Of a stretch of DNA of 32,000 nt, positions 17,371 to 25,874 are shown in pieces. Numbering within the stretch: the stretch's first letter is position 1; every line of letters begins with the position of its first letter. The stretch covers positions 570,001 through 602,000 of the forward strand of contig JBDHVY010000001.1 in assembly GCA_039809905.1 (NCBI GenBank), read 5' to 3'. The translations under genes were made by a program, and so were the position numbers. Below the pieces are notes generated by a model. That model was not told where the DNA came from. It made no database searches and was given only the letters and a program-made list of their open reading frames with translations. The stretch is from Candidatus Babelota bacterium. Its GTDB lineage: Bacteria; Babelota; Babeliae; Babelales; Vermiphilaceae.

Positions 17371-18534
17371 ATGAAGCATGCATTGGTTGTTTTTTTATTG
17401 TATTCATTTCCATCTATTGTTTTTACTGCAGAGACAAATCCCATAAACAATACACATCCTTGGGAATTAATTGCAGAAATTAAACAAGATGAGGCCATTA
17501 AATCAGCTTATTTCAATTTCCAGGGAACATCACTTATTACATCTACCGATCATGGAGTAACCGTAACTGATATTTCATTGCAAAAACCTCTGTCATTTTT
17601 CACAACAAAACAACAAATCGTATGTCTTAATCCTTCAGAAAAATTTCGTATCATTAACAATAAATGCACAGTAGAGGGTACTAGCACAAACGATGTTATT
17701 TATTGGCCATATAAACAAAGAACAATCGATCATCATGCATTTATGTCTTATTTACCAGTTACACCTCATCGCTGCGTTATACAAAAATATGGGCCACAAC
17801 GGGAACTTGCTGGCATAACATCGGAACCCACTCCATCTAAAAATGAGGGATACTGGTTACGATTATATGATATTGGACTTGGAAAAATCACTATTGAATA
17901 TTATCATCCTTGTAAGATTAAGGATTTCTGTCTTCATTCCGATAAAAATATTGTTGCTTCAATAACCTATCCAGATCCAGCAGTGCGCGTATGGAATACA
18001 GAAAAATGGCATCGATTCCCGATAAAAGGATATACCCAAGAATTACATTCAATACGTTTTGATGAAAGCAATGGCAATCGATTGGTTGTAACTGGTCAAG
18101 ATACAATAGACGTATTGGATATAACTAATCCTGAAAATCTTACAACTATTACCTCTTTTGCCAATACTGAACATAGCACTCAAGCGTGTCTGAGCGGTAA
18201 ATACTTAGCAGTAGCATCGCAACCTATAAAACTGTTTGATATAGAAACAAAACAGGAAGTAATGTCGATCGCAGGAAACAACAATTCATCACCAATGAAT
18301 TGCTTTGGTTCTATGGGAAATTTGTTGGTTGTTATTAATGATAAAAACGCTCTTATTTTCAAGAAACAAGAAAACAAAGACACAGAATCCAATGCCATAT
18401 ATAAAAAAACAATAATTGTTACAGGACCTCGAGAATCTTCGGATGAATGTTGTCAAGTTCCATGCCAAAACCAGATAATCACGATTTTTGCGAGCATAGT
18501 CGCGTTGCTTGAAAGTAAATTTTTTAATTGTTAG
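17371..18534 (+). CDS. Secreted WD40 / beta-propeller-like protein
   Basis: 387 aa; signal peptide MKHALVVFLLYSFPSIVFTAE; repeats such as FCLHSDKNIVASITYPDPAVRVWNTEKW, SIRFDESNGNRLVVTGQDTIDVLDITN, CLSGKYLAVASQPIKLFDIETKQEV. Confidence 0.7.
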   Translation: MKHALVVFLLYSFPSIVFTAETNPINNTHPWELIAEIKQDEAIKSAYFNFQGTSLITSTDHGVTVTDISLQKPLSFFTTKQQIVCLNPSEKFRIINNKCTVEGTSTNDVIYWPYKQRTIDHHAFMSYLPVTPHRCVIQKYGPQRELAGITSEPTPSKNEGYWLRLYDIGLGKITIEYYHPCKIKDFCLHSDKNIVASITYPDPAVRVWNTEKWHRFPIKGYTQELHSIRFDESNGNRLVVTGQDTIDVLDITNPENLTTITSFANTEHSTQACLSGKYLAVASQPIKLFDIETKQEVMSIAGNNNSSPMNCFGSMGNLLVVINDKNALIFKKQENKDTESNAIYKKTIIVTGPRESSDECCQVPCQNQIITIFASIVALLESKFFNC

Positions 18535-18550
18535 TCATTAGCAAAAAAAT

Positions 18551-18588
18551 ATGAAATGGGATTGAACTCATTTTCAATCCCATTTCAT
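18551..18588 (-). terminator. Strong hairpin, likely terminator of the M16 protease gene
   Basis: ATGAAATGGGATTGAA-ctcatt-TTCAATCCCATTTCAT, a perfect 16-bp inverted repeat, followed on the minus strand by a T tract (aaaaaaat at 18543-18550 on +). Confidence 0.85.
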
Positions 18589-18607
18589 TATCAACTTTCA
18601 AAATAGA

Positions 18608-21409
18608 TTATACTCTTCCTGCACGAACTGTTATAAGTTTGTCAGAACACAGTAAGCTTTTTACCACTTTCTTCATATCTTCAAGAGTAATTTTTGAAAT
18701 CTCTTGAGCACGATTATCAAAATAATCAGCAGGAAGTTTAAACCGATCCAGATATAAGAAGGTACTTGCTATATCACTATTAGATGCAAAATTATCAACA
18801 AGCGTATTAGTAATTGCTCGTTTGGCTTCTTCCAGATCTTCTTCAGTTAATGTGTCAACCACTGTATCAACCGTATTTTTGATTGCTTTTTCAGCTTCGG
18901 CTAGCCTATCTACTGAAACAATAGTACGAATCTGGAACATTCCTGGCTGTTCATCAGTTCCTGCAATGAGAGATCCACGAATTGTGTAAAACAATCCCGT
19001 TTGTTCACGCAGATCAAACAATCGTGATGCCATGGAATTTAATACACCGCCACCAAAAATTTGATCGAATAATAAATATTTATCAAAATCAGGATGCTTA
19101 CGATCAATAGATAATTGTGCAAAACAAAGAACAACTTGGTCCCTATTAATAGGATAATTTATCTCTTTTGTTTCAGCTTCAACAAGAGGTGGGCATACAA
19201 AATCAGGAACGTCTCGCTTGTGCCAATCTCCCAATGCTTTTTCTACCATCTCTTGAATATTACCTTCAGGTAAATCACCTACAATTGCCATGCGCGCACC
19301 AGAAGGAGAAATAGAAGATTGATAAAAATTAATTAAATCTTCACGAGAAATTGCGGTAATTGATTCTTCTGTTCCTATGCTTTGTTTGCTATAAGGATGA
19401 TCTTTATAAATTTCCGCACGTACCAATTGACTAACAAATGAGCGAGGTTCATCCCAATATTGTTTAATATTAGTCAATAGCTGACTTCGCACTTTTTCTA
19501 TTTCATCTTCAGGAAATGTTGCTTGAGTAAGAATTTCTTTTAATAAGCCAAGTCCAAACTCAAAATCACTGGAAAGCATCTTCATCGAAATACCACCAGG
19601 ATATACATTTACTGACATACCACGAGATTCAATAGCATCAGCAAGTTCTTCTTGTGTATAGTTCGTTGTTCCTTCAGTCATCATATCAGTAACAAATGTA
19701 TACAAACCTTGCTGCTCAATAGGATCACAATGAGATCGAGTTTTAAACTCAAGAATAATATTAATTTTAGGAGTCATATCATTATCATGATATAAAACCT
19801 TCAAGCCATTTGATAAGGTGCACACTTCCGGTTTAGGAAAATCAAAATGTGCTGGTTGTTGCACTTCTCTCGTTTTTGCATACACTGCCGGCTCTACTGA
19901 TGTTGTACGCACTCGCGCACTCAGAATTTTTTCATCTTCAGTATCTGATTCTTCCTGCAAAAGAGCTAAATATTTTTTTTCACTTTCTGGCAAAGGTAAT
20001 ACAAAACCTTTATGCATAATTGATGGACGCAAATAAGTGCCAACAATATCATGTATGTGTTGTTTTAATATCTCTGGAGATTGTTCAAGGCAGGTAAAAA
20101 TATAATTCTCATCACCAGTTGCCAAATATGCATGGCCAATCGCGTAACCTTGATCTTCAATTACTTCAAGAAGACTATAAAACGCCATTTGCGTTTTTTT
20201 AAAGCCTCTCTCAAATTCTTCATCGGTAACACCATTATTAGCAATGTCTTGCAGTTCTGCAGCAATAAGACGTTCAATTTCTGCTGCATCATCTATATCT
20301 TTTGGTTCAACTAAGATATATAGAAAACCATAATCAAATAATCCCCAAGAACCTACTGAAACACTTGTTGCAAGCTGAGTATCATTAACTAATTTTTTAT
20401 ACAAGCGTGAACTATTGCCATTGCCAAGAATCCATTCAAAAATATCTATTGCTGTATCTTTTTTATCTATAGCTCCTGGTATAACAAATGCATATGCAAG
20501 CGTTGGCTGAGCTACTTCTCGGTATATTGTTAATGATTTTGATGCAATATCACGATGGAAGAAATTCTCTTTTTTCTTATAGTTGTCATCTTTTGGTATT
20601 GAACCAAAATATTCATTAGCAAGAGCAACAACTTCATCAGGATTAACATCACCAACAATCACGAGTGTAGCATTATTTGGTTGGTAATGTTTTTTGTAAA
20701 AGGCTAATAAATCTTTACCTTTTACACTCCACAAATCTTGTTTATAACCAATAATTGGATAATGATAGGGATGATCTGCAAAAATCATTCCAATTAATTC
20801 TTCTAATAAAGAGCGTTCATATTGATCTTTATATAATTTCAGTTCTTGTATTACGGCTTTCATTTCTGAATTAAGCATATCATCATTAAATAAGCAGTTG
20901 ATCATACAATCAGCAACAACAGGAAACGATTCGCGCCAATGATGAGTAGGGAAATTAAAATAATATCCGGTGTAATCATAAGAAGTAAATGCATTACAGG
21001 TACCGGAAAATTTATGAACAAGCACATTAATATCAGATTCAGATAGTGTATCAGTACCTTTAAAAATCATGTGTTCAATAAGATGGGCTATACCTTTTTC
21101 GCCAATCAATTCATCTTTTGATCCTACATTGTACCAAATCTGAAATGATACTTTTGGTATTTCATGTGATTCGCGAATAAGAACGGTAAGTCCATTATCT
21201 AAAACTCTTTTTATCACGTGTTGATGAACAGATTTACTATCTGATTGCATCATGTTTTTTTCATCTGACATTAAATCCTCTGATTTTTTTAATTTTGCAG
21301 GTTCAATTTGCTGAGTATATTTTCCCTCTATAAAAATATGAGATAGGAGCAAACTCATAAGAACAACAGAATACCCAAGTAGGCACAATTTAACAAGATA
21401 ACAACGCAT
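18608..21409 (-). CDS. M16 family zinc metallopeptidase (two-domain)
   Basis: 933 aa; HLIEHMIFKGT (HxxEH) with downstream EMKAVIQE; second M16 half VLYHDNDMTPKINIILEFKTRS. Confidence 0.93.
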   Translation of the reverse strand: MRCYLVKLCLLGYSVVLMSLLLSHIFIEGKYTQQIEPAKLKKSEDLMSDEKNMMQSDSKSVHQHVIKRVLDNGLTVLIRESHEIPKVSFQIWYNVGSKDELIGEKGIAHLIEHMIFKGTDTLSESDINVLVHKFSGTCNAFTSYDYTGYYFNFPTHHWRESFPVVADCMINCLFNDDMLNSEMKAVIQELKLYKDQYERSLLEELIGMIFADHPYHYPIIGYKQDLWSVKGKDLLAFYKKHYQPNNATLVIVGDVNPDEVVALANEYFGSIPKDDNYKKKENFFHRDIASKSLTIYREVAQPTLAYAFVIPGAIDKKDTAIDIFEWILGNGNSSRLYKKLVNDTQLATSVSVGSWGLFDYGFLYILVEPKDIDDAAEIERLIAAELQDIANNGVTDEEFERGFKKTQMAFYSLLEVIEDQGYAIGHAYLATGDENYIFTCLEQSPEILKQHIHDIVGTYLRPSIMHKGFVLPLPESEKKYLALLQEESDTEDEKILSARVRTTSVEPAVYAKTREVQQPAHFDFPKPEVCTLSNGLKVLYHDNDMTPKINIILEFKTRSHCDPIEQQGLYTFVTDMMTEGTTNYTQEELADAIESRGMSVNVYPGGISMKMLSSDFEFGLGLLKEILTQATFPEDEIEKVRSQLLTNIKQYWDEPRSFVSQLVRAEIYKDHPYSKQSIGTEESITAISREDLINFYQSSISPSGARMAIVGDLPEGNIQEMVEKALGDWHKRDVPDFVCPPLVEAETKEINYPINRDQVVLCFAQLSIDRKHPDFDKYLLFDQIFGGGVLNSMASRLFDLREQTGLFYTIRGSLIAGTDEQPGMFQIRTIVSVDRLAEAEKAIKNTVDTVVDTLTEEDLEEAKRAITNTLVDNFASNSDIASTFLYLDRFKLPADYFDNRAQEISKITLEDMKKVVKSLLCSDKLITVRAGRV

Positions 21410-21559
21410 ACATCACCTCTACTCATTTATAATACTTTTTATAAGACAGCATAGCGCTAAAGAATAATACTGAAAAGAGAGCTCTTTATATTTTCTTATC
21501 AAAATGATATCTTATCCGCGATAGCAGCACAATTATAAGTACCAATAAATAGGAGAAAC

Positions 21560-21823
21560 ATGAAAAAAGCTTTATGTTTTAGTTTGTTTTTTTCAATAAA
21601 AACTTTGGCAAGCGAAGCGCACAACGAAAACAATTTTCGATCCCAACAATTACAATCAATTCGTAATTTTGTAGCAATAGCAAAACCAGAGGAACTGGAA
21701 ATTTTAACTGATAATATATCCTCCTTGATCCTTGAGCGCGAACTATCTAAATATCCAAGACAAGATCGTCTTAAAATGAAAACCATTCTTCAAAATAAAA
21801 AACAGCCTATAAATCTTCGTTAG
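21560..21823 (+). CDS. Small putative secreted protein
   Basis: 87 aa; MKKALCFSLFFSIKTLASEAHNENN signal peptide; preceded by aggagaaac. Confidence 0.6.
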   Translation: MKKALCFSLFFSIKTLASEAHNENNFRSQQLQSIRNFVAIAKPEELEILTDNISSLILERELSKYPRQDRLKMKTILQNKKQPINLR

Positions 21824-21862
21824 AATTGACTTGATGATAAAAGATGTCATAATCAAAACATT

Positions 21863-22993
21863 ATGATATCTTTTTTTGCAAAAAATTTTCACTTAATCAA
21901 TTTTCCACCGTTGCTCATTCTCACTATTTGCTTTATTCTCGGCATCATCTTCTATACATCATTCATCCTTTTTTTGATCATTTTTTTATTTTTGTTTTGT
22001 GGATCTTTATATGCACATAACAAAAATATTTTACTACCAAAACAACTTATTTTATGTTCTTTTTTTATATTATGTGGTGCATGGCTACATCACAAAGAAT
22101 TGTCTGATTATGATACATTTTACACCAAGATTGATAACAAAAAATGTACCGTGACCGGAACAATAATCGATAAAAATGAAACAACACTCAATCATCAGAA
22201 AACAACCGCCATTACTATTGCTATTGATGAAATTGCAACAGAAAATGATACACAAAAAAGCAACAAACTTATGTTGTTTTACATAAAATGCAACAATGAC
22301 ATTGCTGTGGGCGATACCGTTACTTTTTTTGATGCACTATGCAAAAAGCCATCTAGTGATGATTTTAAGCGGTATCAAATCAAAGAACAGATTATTGCAA
22401 CATCTTTTGACAACAACATCAATTATCGCATTGACCATCATCCAACATGGTCGCTGCGGCATTGGCTTTGGAATCAAAAAAAACAACTTTTGCTTGGATT
22501 AGAAGAAAAACTTTCTCCTGATGGTTTTAGGTTTTTCTCTTCTCTTTTTTTGGGAAACCGAGCATATATAAAAAACGAACTTGAAAAAACCAATGATCAA
22601 TTTAAAACATGGGGGATTTCACATTTTCTTGCCAGATCTGGCTTGCATCTTGTTTTGTTTATTTTTATATGGCAAGCAGTTTTTTGCCTAATACCGCTAC
22701 CTTTTTTAATAAAACAAATCATCATGCTGCTGCTTAGTTGCATATACTTTGTTTTCACGTGGACATCTGCCCCGTTTACCCGATCATTTGCATTATTTAT
22801 CTTCAGCAAAATATGCTTATTCAACAAAACTCCTTTTAATGTGTTGCATTATCTCATTCTTGTTTGTTTCATATTTTTACTCTATTGCCCTCTTTATTTA
22901 TTTTTTCTTGATTTTCAATTGAGCTTTGCTCTTACATTTGCACTTGCATGGTTTAATCAAGTAACCCCGCTACATAAAAATAATACTATATAG
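21863..22993 (+). CDS. ComEC/Rec2-like competence membrane protein, short form
   Basis: 376 aa multi-TM; FFSSLFLGNRAYIKNELEKTNDQFKTWGISHFLARSGLHLVLF matches the ComEC competence-domain signature (GISHLLAISGLH). Confidence 0.8.
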   Translation: MISFFAKNFHLINFPPLLILTICFILGIIFYTSFILFLIIFLFLFCGSLYAHNKNILLPKQLILCSFFILCGAWLHHKELSDYDTFYTKIDNKKCTVTGTIIDKNETTLNHQKTTAITIAIDEIATENDTQKSNKLMLFYIKCNNDIAVGDTVTFFDALCKKPSSDDFKRYQIKEQIIATSFDNNINYRIDHHPTWSLRHWLWNQKKQLLLGLEEKLSPDGFRFFSSLFLGNRAYIKNELEKTNDQFKTWGISHFLARSGLHLVLFIFIWQAVFCLIPLPFLIKQIIMLLLSCIYFVFTWTSAPFTRSFALFIFSKICLFNKTPFNVLHYLILVCFIFLLYCPLYLFFLDFQLSFALTFALAWFNQVTPLHKNNTI

Positions 22994-23089
22994 CTATAAT
23001 AGAGCATCGGGCCAATTTTTATTGATTATTTTAACTTAAATCTCTTAGGCTAAAAACATTAATGCGCTACCAATAAAAAAGGGGAGACT

Positions 23090-24592
23090 ATGATGTTGTT
23101 AAAAAAAATAACACAAATAAGTAAGCAGACAATGCGATGCTTTTTGATATTTTTTTGTTGCACTAATGGCATAATTTACACAGAAACAAACAATTTTGCC
23201 CATTCAATTAAAGATGAATCAGTTTATCAAAAATGTTTTTGCGATTTTTGCCAAGAAATTTGCAAAACGAGCTCTGTTAAAACATACAAACTTCATGTAG
23301 CAAAAAAAAAATCGAACAAAAAAAAGCATAAAGCAAGAATATTAAACAAACGAACCATCATGATTTATATGGCAGCAGATAACGATTTACGCCCCTTTGC
23401 TGCTCGCAATATTCAACAAATGGCAAATATTGGATCTAACCAAAATATAACTATCGTTGTTCATCTTGATATTCGCATATCAGGAAATAAAAAAATTACT
23501 CGTCGATATCTGATTGAAAAAGATCAAGTATTACACATCGATCCATACAACCCTCTGACTCAGCAAATGGATAGCGGAAACCCTTCTACACTCATTTCTT
23601 TTTGTGAGTGGGCTATAAAAAATTATGATGCCAGCGAATATGATCTTATTTTATGGAATCATGGAACAGGAATCCTTGAACCTCCTCATGGCAAAATCAT
23701 CAATCCAATGGATCTTTTTGTATTTAACCCATCTACACATCGTCTTGAATTGGATAGATCTGTTGGATTTATGGAAATACTTGATTCATTGGAACCAAAA
23801 CAACGCGGCGTCTGCTGGGATGACACAACAGGAAATTACCTATCCAACAGAAAACTAGAAACAGCACTTGATACAATATGCCAAAAATGTCTTGGTGGAA
23901 AAAAATTCGGCATTATTGGATTTGATGCGTGTTTAATGTCAATGCTCGAAGTGAGCAGTTTTATAAAAAGATACGCCCATGTAATGGTAGGATCGGAAGA
24001 AGTTGAATTGGGTATGGGATGGAAATATGATGAAGTACTATTACCATTTATCAAAGAAGCACTCAGCACAACCGCCTTTGCATGCCAGATTGTTAATGCT
24101 TATGATAGAACATATCAATCAATAACAAATGACTATACATTATCAGCAATAAATCTTGATTCTATTGAAGCTTTAGAAAGGAACGTTGATATTGTCGCAA
24201 AATTATTGATTGAAATGCTCGATACACAAAGAGTCACCATGTATCCGATAATTAAAGAAAGCAAAAACAAAATGCTGTGCACTCATTTTGATGAGCCAAC
24301 TTATATCGACTTGCATCATTTTTACAAAAACCTTCTTATCAATATTAAGAAACTTAACACTGATAACAAAAAAACCATAGCAGCAAAAAATACATTAACA
24401 GCACGAATAGAAGAAGGAGCGCGCCTGATTGAACAGTTGGTACTAGCAAACACGGTGGGAAAAAATCTCAAAAATGCTCGCGGAATAGCTATATATTTTC
24501 CTGAACGGGGAATTCATAGCTCGTATAACGAAGCAATGTTTTTAAGATCTAATGCGTGGGGAACATTACTGTCTCGCTACATTTTTGGCTAA
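23090..24592 (+). CDS. Clostripain-like (C11) cysteine peptidase
   Basis: 500 aa; RTIMIYMAADNDLRPFAARNIQQMANIGS, YDLILWNHGTG, FGIIGFDACLMSMLEVSSFIKRYAHVMVGSEE. Confidence 0.88.
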   Translation: MMLLKKITQISKQTMRCFLIFFCCTNGIIYTETNNFAHSIKDESVYQKCFCDFCQEICKTSSVKTYKLHVAKKKSNKKKHKARILNKRTIMIYMAADNDLRPFAARNIQQMANIGSNQNITIVVHLDIRISGNKKITRRYLIEKDQVLHIDPYNPLTQQMDSGNPSTLISFCEWAIKNYDASEYDLILWNHGTGILEPPHGKIINPMDLFVFNPSTHRLELDRSVGFMEILDSLEPKQRGVCWDDTTGNYLSNRKLETALDTICQKCLGGKKFGIIGFDACLMSMLEVSSFIKRYAHVMVGSEEVELGMGWKYDEVLLPFIKEALSTTAFACQIVNAYDRTYQSITNDYTLSAINLDSIEALERNVDIVAKLLIEMLDTQRVTMYPIIKESKNKMLCTHFDEPTYIDLHHFYKNLLINIKKLNTDNKKTIAAKNTLTARIEEGARLIEQLVLANTVGKNLKNARGIAIYFPERGIHSSYNEAMFLRSNAWGTLLSRYIFG

Positions 24593-24608
24593 GCAGTAAC
24601 ATACATGG

Positions 24609-24642
24609 GTAAAAGGAGTTTATGACCGCAAACTCCTTTTAC
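24609..24642. promoter_or_regulatory. Perfect 13-bp hairpin upstream of or at the UDG gene start
   Basis: GTAAAAGGAGTTT-atgaccgc-AAACTCCTTTTAC; the 5' arm contains an AAAGGAG Shine-Dalgarno-like sequence and the loop contains an ATG. Confidence 0.6.
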
Positions 24643-25284
24643 TCATCAAACATATTTTCTGGTAAACTACAAAAAACAACATACAATTCACAAAACCGGA
24701 ATATTATGAATCAAAAACAATCAAAGGCAACAGCATTACAAAAGCTCTATGAACCGTATAAAGAATGTCTGACATGCCCTCTTTTAATACCTACAAAGCA
24801 TAATGTTGTATGCGGCCAAGGCAATCCCAATGCAGAATTAATGCTGATTGGCGAAGCACCCGGAAGACTTGAAGATGAACAAGGGTTACCATTTGTCGGA
24901 AAATCAGGCATGCTTCTTACCAAAGCACTAACGTGCCTTGATATAGATAGAAAAGATATATTCATAACCAACAGTGTAAAATGTCGTCCACCACAAAATC
25001 GTAAGCCAACACCCCAAGAAAGCAAAACATACAAACAGTTATTGCTTCTTAAGGAAATAGAAATTATTCAACCAAAAGTTATTTGCACCCTTGGAGCAAC
25101 AGCTCTTGAATGCTTACTTGAAACACCAGTAAAAATGGAAGCAATGCATGGAAAGCTACTTTCTTTTAATGGCATCACTCTCATACCTGCGTATCATCCC
25201 GCTTATGTTTTGCGAAATCCAACGAAATTTGAGGCGTGGTTTAGGGACCTAGAGCAAGCTTGGTTGCTTGCGCAAAGTAAGTAA
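24622..25284 (+). CDS. Family 4 uracil-DNA glycosylase (internal ATG at 24706 is an alternative start)
   Basis: CLTCPLLIPTKHNVVCGQGNPNAELMLIGEAPGRLEDEQGLPFVGKSGMLLTKAL (Fe-S UDG motif 1); ITLIPAYHPAYVLRNP (motif 2). Confidence 0.93.
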   Translation: MTANSFYSSNIFSGKLQKTTYNSQNRNIMNQKQSKATALQKLYEPYKECLTCPLLIPTKHNVVCGQGNPNAELMLIGEAPGRLEDEQGLPFVGKSGMLLTKALTCLDIDRKDIFITNSVKCRPPQNRKPTPQESKTYKQLLLLKEIEIIQPKVICTLGATALECLLETPVKMEAMHGKLLSFNGITLIPAYHPAYVLRNPTKFEAWFRDLEQAWLLAQSK

Positions 25285-25340
25285 AAACACAAACTGCATC
25301 ACTTATCACATCAAAAAACAAAGAAATTACACAGTTAAAG

Positions 25341-25395
25341 GTGGTGCATAAGTGGTTGATAAGTGGTGCATAAGTGGTTGATAAGTGGTGCATAA
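25341..25395 (-). repeat. 11-bp head-to-tail repeat x5, DnaA-box-like on the minus strand
   Basis: GTGGTGCATAA GTGGTTGATAA GTGGTGCATAA GTGGTTGATAA GTGGTGCATAA; reverse complements are TTATGCACCAC / TTATCAACCAC. Confidence 0.95.
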
Positions 25396-25495
25396 CTTTT
25401 TTAGCTCACATTTTTTTGAAAAAAATTATATCGACCTGATGAAGATATTCATGCAACATAGCGAGATTAGAGCGACTCAGTCAATGTTTTCAGAG

Positions 25496-25528
25496 TTATC
25501 AACCACTTATCAACCACTTATGCACCAC
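25496..25528 (+). repeat. Inverted copies of the 11-mer x3
   Basis: TTATCAACCAC TTATCAACCAC TTATGCACCAC. Confidence 0.95.
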
Positions 25529-25584
25529 CTGTTTAAAAAAAATTATAACGATCAGATCGATATATTCGAAGAAAAAAGGGCAAG

Positions 25585-25595
25585 TTATGCACCAC
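25585..25595 (+). repeat. Isolated inverted copy of the 11-mer
   Basis: TTATGCACCAC followed by ttaccccttcgcc. Confidence 0.85.
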
Positions 25596-25874
25596 TTACC
25601 CCTTCGCCTATTATCTTAAGATATATAAATATATATATTAAGAGATAATAATAGGCAGTATGTTTTTTTCAAAAAACTCTTTTTTTTGTATCACCTAAGT
25701 CAAGAAACAATGGATTTACTGTTTTTTATTGCCAGAAAAAAATAATTGTAATAAGCTTTGAGAATAAGACTCGATAATTCGTGCACAGCATTCTTTTTTT
25801 TGCTGCCGTAAGACTCTAGTCAAAAACAATCTCTTTTTGCTGTTATAAAATTCATCATCATTTTGAGGAAGCTT

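Larger units (their letters stand above)
25341..25652. other. Candidate chromosomal origin of replication (oriC-like)
   Basis: Nine 11-mers resembling TTATNCACA in two orientations, a GC-richer spacer, ctattatcttaa trio-like sequence, then atatataaatatatatatta AT-rich element, with a + strand composition change across the site. Confidence 0.55.

Noticed and set aside
21499-21786. 95-aa minus-strand ORF overlapping the small secreted ORF 21560-21823
   Set aside because: The plus-strand ORF has an aggag RBS and a clear signal peptide; the minus ORF is an antisense shadow.
25341-25395. Interpretation of the 11-bp array as a CRISPR
   Set aside because: Units are contiguous with no unique spacers, only 11 bp long, with inverted copies; no cas genes nearby.
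25385-25648. 87-aa ORF MVHNFFSSHFF... in the repeat region
   Set aside because: Starts with GTG inside the 11-bp repeat array, low-complexity, made of repeat and A/T tracts; more likely chance ORF in an origin-like intergenic region.
25610-25652. AT-rich palindrome-like sequence as a dif/Xer site
   Set aside because: It lacks a convincing 11-6-11 XerC/D arrangement, and the compositional change points to an origin rather than a terminus.
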